From the human T2T-CHM13v2.0 reference genome, Homo sapiens, in assembly GCF_009914755.1 (NCBI RefSeq), contig NC_060928.1: a stretch of DNA of 64,000 nt; one strand, written 5' to 3'. Shown here piece after piece: positions 58,151 through 64,000 of this stretch; position 1 is the stretch's first letter; each line of letters begins with the position of its first letter. The notes under the pieces were generated by a model. The model ran no database searches. It saw only the letters and a program-made list of their open reading frames with translations, and was not told the origin of the DNA. A program made the position numbers and the translations under genes.

Positions 58151-59614
58151 GTATCACCAATCCATTGGCATCCATACTTTTACATTACCCTTAATCGCTA
58201 AAAAATTCTCTATAGATAACGAATGAGGTAAGTGATAATAGCAGGCCTGTTTTACAAATACAACCAGAATATAGAACATCTAAGATTTTAAAGTCAGTCC
58301 ACTGAAAAAAGATTTTAGAGCTTTTGTGTTCATATAGGTAGATGGTTCATATTTCTGTTTGCTTTTATATTATTTTCCAATTCTTGCTTTATCTTAGTGT
58401 TCACCTTTGGCAAGGTCAGATGTCCTGCCCTGGCCAATGTTCGGACAGAATCACCAATATGACTATGTTGGGCACACCTGCCCAAGGAAGGAGCTTCCAG
58501 TGAAGACTTAAGAGACAGACAGGCACTAGAAGAGTATAACCATCAAGGGCCTGGTAGTCCCACTTGGGTTAAGAAGGCAGGTTCAATACAAGTGAGGGCA
58601 TGAGAGAGCTGAAAGGTTAGGAGGCTGGGGTCAGTGGAGGATGGAGGGGTTTCAGTTTTCGATAGAGTGGTTGAGACCAGATGGAGACAAATGAGAGAGG
58701 TGGACCTGGACTAAAGACTACAGAGGCAGAAGAGAGAAAAAACTAGCATCTACAGGCAGCATGAATGATGGAAACTGAGGATCATCAAAATCACCCCGGG
58801 AGATGACATATTTCAGCATGGGGGCTCCGGGTGAGGTCACTGGGGAGTTCAGGTAAGAACTCTGCACAAGAAAGACCATTAATGGCCACTGTGATTTTCT
58901 TTAACCCCTGAGAAAAGTACAGACCACACATGAGTTAGTTCTACAGGGAACCTTCAATATTTTTAAGTTAGTTATAGTAAAGATTATTTCTTTGAAAGCA
59001 TAGATATATGTGGATGAGAAAGAGCCTGCTAGTGGCTTACCATTTTCTATCTGATCTGAAGCATTCACTGCAAGAACCTTAAGGAAATGAATTCTTAAGT
59101 GTTTTAGAATCTCATGTCTTTTGACCAGAGCTGTATGAAAGACATATTTCTATTTGTGAACATGAAGTGGTGTAATTGGCTTAGAAGGCCGAAAAGATTC
59201 CCTCACTTTTTGGTATTGCTTGATGCTGAAATCAAGAATTGATAAGCCTTGTAGAGATAAGTCATCTAGTCGCCACATCAAAAGGAGACAGAGGTATTCC
59301 AGCCCTTCTTTTGTTTCTTCTGCTCTCATGTTGCCTGTTTAGGGATAATTCTATGAAATATTTCAGTTTTTTTGGTGGGGTCATTCTAGAGAAGGGACAG
59401 GCTTCCTTATATTTTGTCTCTAAAGTATAAATGAAAGTAACTGGAAAATACCCTTTTCCTGGTGATGAGGCACAATTACTGAATTATAGAAAACAATAGA
59501 AGACAAATTAATTCCCTTGTCCACTGTATTAAATCTTTAGTGGGAATCTTAATTTAGAATCAGGAAGGCGGGTTTAAAATCAATGGCATTTTCACTCTCA
59601 TCTCCCGGTGTAGA

Positions 59615-59618
<4 letters not shown>

Positions 59619-59654
<36 letters not shown>

Positions 59655-60440
59655 ACCTTCAATTTTTATTTTAAGTTCCAGGGTACGTGTGCAGGATATG
59701 CAGGTTTGTTACATAGGTAAATGTGTGCCATGGTGGTTTGCTGCATAGATCAACCCATCACCCAGGTATTAAGCCCAGCATCCATGAGCTATTCTTCCTG
59801 ATGCTCTCCCTCCCCCAATGACTTCCCCCTGCCACACTGACAGGCCCCAGTGTGTGTTGTTCCCCCTATTGTCCATGTGGTCTCATCATTCAGCTCCCCC
59901 TTATAAGTGAGAAGATGTGGTGTTTGGTTTTCTGTTCTTGAGTTAGTTTGTTGAGGATTATGGCTTCCAGCTCCATCCATGTCTCTGCAAAGGATATAAT
60001 TTCATTCCTTTTTATGGCTGCATAGTATTCCATGGTGTATCTGTACCACATTTTCTTTATCCAGTCTATCACTGATGGGCATTTGGATTGATTCCATTCT
60101 TCGCTATTGTGAATAGTGCTGCAATGAACATATGCGTGCCTGTATCTTTATAATAGAATGATTTATATTCCTTTGGGTATATACCCAGTAATGGGATCGC
60201 TGGGTCAAATGATATTTCTGCTTCTAGATCTCTGAGGAATCGCCACACTATCTACCACAGTAGTTGAACTAATCTACGTTCCCACCAACAGTGTAAAGCA
60301 TTCCTTTTTCTCTGCAACCTCACCAGCATCTATTGTTTGACTTTTTAATAATCACTATTCTGACTGGCGTGAGACGATATCTCATTGTGGTTTTGATTTG
60401 CATTTCTCTAATCATCCGTGATGTTGAGCTTTTTTTCATA
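59619..60440 (-). mobile_element. 5'-truncated L1PA (PA8-PA10-like), ~0.8 kb
   Basis: Minus-strand translation DWIKKMWYRYTMEYYAAIKRNE (ORF2 end) plus 3' UTR and tail; diverged TSD C(C/T)GGT(G/A)TAGAAT(C/T)CTT. Confidence 0.92.
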
Positions 60441-60667
60441 CTGGTATAGAATTCTTTTTTCACTTTCCTCATTTCCTACTTGTAGAGATGTGTCAAAATG
60501 AGTTAGGTCTACATTTAAAGATGAGGTTTTTTTGGTGGTCGGGTTGGGGGTTGAGTTGAAGTTTGCTAGTGAGAATTTTTGTTGTTGTCAGTGATAGAAA
60601 TGCAACTGAAACCAGTTTAAACAAAAATGGGATGTGATTGGTTTATGTGAATAAGCACGGAGGTAAA

Positions 60668-60668
<1 letters not shown>

Positions 60669-60698
<30 letters not shown>
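60669..60698. repeat. (CA)n microsatellite
   Basis: Read directly. Confidence 0.95.
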
Positions 60699-60701
<3 letters not shown>

Positions 60702-60760
60702 CAGGTACAGACATAACTATATAACCATGCTTGAATTGTGTTATCTGACTGGTCTGTCTG

Positions 60761-60816
60761 TCCATCCATCCATCCATCCATCCATCCATCCATCCATCCA
60801 TCCATCCATCCATCCA
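60761..60816. repeat. (TCCA)14 tetranucleotide repeat
   Basis: Read directly. Confidence 0.95.
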
Positions 60817-62574
60817 TCTCTTGCCTCTGCTTTCTTCTTTATTGACTTTGTCTTTGGGTAAGTTTTCCCATATGGTGACAAAGTTGGCTACTATTAGCTT
60901 TTAGCTTATATTTTACTAGCTTTGCAATCCCAGCAGGAAAAAAGAGATACTTTTTTGGAGTAATTCCAGTAGAAGTCCTGGTGCCTGCCCTTTATTGACG
61001 TGAATTGGGCCTGGTGCTCATCTCGGAATTAACCGAATGGCCAGGTCTGGATTTGCCCTTGCTTGGAGCCAGGACGTAGCATGGGCGCTCTCCACAGTCT
61101 GCCCTACCCTACAACTGCCCTACTATTCCTGGAGAGTTGGGGAGGAAAGTTGCTCAAGTGGAAATTAAGAAGCTGTTATCAAAGAAGAAGGAATGACTAT
61201 TAGACCAACAAAACCAATACAGGCCCGCTGAGGGACTCTTCCATCCAACCAGGACAGACAGCCTTTGGAACTTCTAGTGGAGAAAAGGTGAGCTTAAGAG
61301 TGGTGTGAAAGGTTTATTAGGTCTCTTTGAGGCCTTGGTTAGACTTACATAGGGGTGTGTTCAGAGAAGGATGCTTTGGAGGGACTTACGTTTTCAGACC
61401 TGTCCTGTCAGGAGTCCATTCCTTTATCCCTATCCTCTCTAAACTATGGAGTGAGTTACCTTGGTGAGGTAAAACTGAGGCCACCAAAATCTATAGATCA
61501 CTCCTTCCTTGGGAGTGTTGCCGGAGAAAAGCCTCTCTCCTGAGAAGCAGGCTTTGTCCTCTACCAGTCGGTTCCCTCAGCCCTCAAGTGATAACTGCCC
61601 TTGCTCTGAGCTTCCTCCCAGCCTTTTTACCTCCCTCTCTAGGGGTTTGGGCTGATGCTTCCAGGAGCTGCCATTTTTCTGATGTGGCTGCCACGTTTCC
61701 CAACTCTTCTGCCTCCGAGCACTTGGAGTTGCGAGAGAGACCTCTCTCCCAATGACAGCTCTTTGAGCAAATCTTAGACAGGTGATCCTCTGAGTAGTCT
61801 GTACTTTCTCCTTTTAATTTATAGTACCCCCTACTGAATAACTTGGCACCAATTCTCTGAGAGTGGACAGGAGACCTTGGAGCTATCCAGTTCAGTTTCT
61901 CCTCACAACCATTTGCTGTCTCCTAGAATAAGGCCCCTCCATTTTCAGCTCTGTCCAACCTCAGGGTCTGTCTCTGCATACTTCAGACCTTTCTTTCCAG
62001 GGGTTGGGGTTAATGTTTGCTTCCCTGGCATTAGTCCTGATATCTCTTCATTCTGAGTTTCCTAGTGTTTCTTTAACCATTTCTTCCAGGAGGTCTAGGG
62101 GAGCCCCAGTCAATGGGATCCCTGTGGAGCTGTTCAAACATCCTAGGTAGGTTTTGAAATTGATGAGCTCCTGTGTCTCCACAGGGATGCTATTGATGTC
62201 ATCAGAACAATTCCTTTTTGCATCTGAGCAGTTCCACTCATTGCAGATAATTCACCTCCTCTGCCCTGCTCACTTCAAGCCAGTGGTGCTTCCCACTCGT
62301 GGGAGCAACCCCATACTCACCTTCAGATTCCCAAATGCTCCCTGGCAATGGCAGTATGCAGATACTCTTCATGGCTATTTGTAGCTTGCGCATAGAGAAA
62401 TGCAAAGCCAAGTTTCAGTGAGTGTATGACTGTGTTTATTTTCTTACCTTGATTCTTACTGATATGCTCTCCCTTATTCTCTGGTTTGCTTATCATTTTC
62501 CCCACTCCTTTCTTCCATTTTTGTTACTATCTAAGGACATATATTTAACAAAAGCCAGTTCAAACCCTTTTATG

Positions 62575-62895
62575 AGAGAGTATAGTGGAAAGTGAATGGA
62601 TTTTGGAATTCCTTCATTAAATCCTATGAAATTGTGTCAATAGACCAAAAAATAGTCAGATAATGTGATTTCCTAGGGTTCAACCTAGTAGATGGAGCAG
62701 ATCCTAGATTTGCCTCCTGTGTATCCTTAGGCTAGTAACCTAACCTCTTTGAGTCCCCCAGTTTACTTTTATCTATAAAAACAGATCATAATTGTAAAAA
62801 TCCATATAGGATTGTTCTGAGGATAAAATGAATTGAAAATATGTATAAAATTCTTTGTTCAGTGTTTGGAACATAGCAGGCACTTAAATGTTAAC
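62575..62895 (+). mobile_element. MIR, interrupted by a degenerate MADE2-like mariner MITE (~62617-62690)
   Basis: MIR core TAACCTCTTTGAGTCCCCCAGTTT...; insert TATGAAATTG...ATTTCCTAGGGTTCAACCTA. Confidence 0.55.
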
Positions 62896-63693
62896 TTTCC
62901 CCCGTTCGTCTATGTAACAGAGAAATTACTACTTCTTGAGGTTTCTAGGAGATTCCAGTGAGAGAATACAGTCAAGCACTCAGCATAGCATCTGGCACTT
63001 GCTTGGCACCCTGTACCACTGGCTGTTCTTATTATTGTTTTTGGAAATAGTCCAAAAGTCAATTATGAATATGACATAGTCATTGCAACTCTGTGTCACT
63101 GTGCACCCAGTGGCTCGCTCCCTTGGGCTGCCAGCAAGCCACGGGATGAAGGCATTTGGATTATACTTTCTAGCTTCTCTCATCTAGCTTGTGATCAAAA
63201 ACTGGGCAAGAAAATTTGGGTCCCTTACAAACTTGATCATGTGTGAATAATGAACTTTGGCTGGCAGAGCTTGGGGACTAGAGTGATTGTTTTGAAAACA
63301 ATAACCCTGACCTCTGTGGTGATGTCATTTTCTCCCATCCATCCAGTCTGTTGTGGTTTTCTTCTCTGGGAAGCTGTTCCAGAACCTTCTAGGCAGTGTT
63401 AATAGGTTCTTGTCTGGCTGCTAAGTACCCATACACAACTCCACTTTAGTGCTATTATAGAGCTCTACCTCTTTGTCCCATCTTTGTACCGGATTGAGAG
63501 CTTTCTTGAAGACCCTTTGTCTTTGTATTTCACTCATTGGACACTGGTGTAGCAAATAATCCATCTATAGAAACACTTGGTGAATAGATTGAGACCAAGT
63601 TATAAGATTTCTACCTAGGCCACCTGATCATCAATGACTGCCTTTAACTTTCTCCCAGTCTTAGTCAGTATTATTCTCTCTCTCTGTGTTTCT

Positions 63694-63694
<1 letters not shown>

Positions 63695-63734
<40 letters not shown>
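63695..63734. repeat. (AC)20 microsatellite
   Basis: Read directly. Confidence 0.95.
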
Positions 63735-63736
<2 letters not shown>

Positions 63737-64000
63737 TGTATAAACAACAGACCCATCCCTAAAGACTGGGAGACCAAAGGATGGATGTATTTGCTTTCTT
63801 CAAGTGTAAGATTCTCTATTACAAATTCCATCTTCCTAGGAGTCATAGAACTGAACTTAAAAGTTTTGTTTTGCAAACGTATTGTCATGAAATGAAAGTG
63901 TGAGTATGTTAATCTACAAATAAGTGACCAATAAAGAATGTCTTAGTGGATTTTTGTCTCAGTTCCTGTGTTGCTGAAATGATTTTCCAAAGATAAGAAA

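Larger units (their letters stand above)
60570..61220 (-). mobile_element. Old MaLR LTR (MLT1J/K-like) hosting microsatellites
   Basis: AGTGATAGAAATGCAACTGAAACCAGTTTAAACAAAAATGGG...; degenerate. Confidence 0.45.

Overview
Primate genomic DNA, almost certainly human, because it carries an AluYb8-diagnostic insertion and an SVA. The only protein-coding sequence I can support is one 71-bp + strand exon (52297-52367, [24 protein letters not shown]). I recognise it as the second coding exon of LIMCH1 (calponin-homology domain, 4p13), so the window is very likely the distal part of a long intron 1, exon 2 and the start of intron 2. The rest is repeat-rich intron: over 25 Alu elements or fragments, L1/L2/MIR fragments, MaLR LTRs, Tigger/mariner/hAT relics, microsatellites and a full-length antisense SVA_A-like element about 2 kb upstream of the exon. 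The ORF track is essentially repeat-derived noise. I see no evidence for a new multi-gene system. The best second-look items are: a 100-bp ultra-truncated AluYb8 insertion, a candidate recursive splice site with a poison exon at 26502/26503, a compound templated-insertion scar (hairpins plus a 29-bp exact copy of a neighbouring MER2) at 50666-50763, tandem Alus sharing an anomalous 3' end, and an old ~270-bp local duplication. Repeat subfamily names come from recalled consensus features and are tentative; boundaries of old repeats are approximate.
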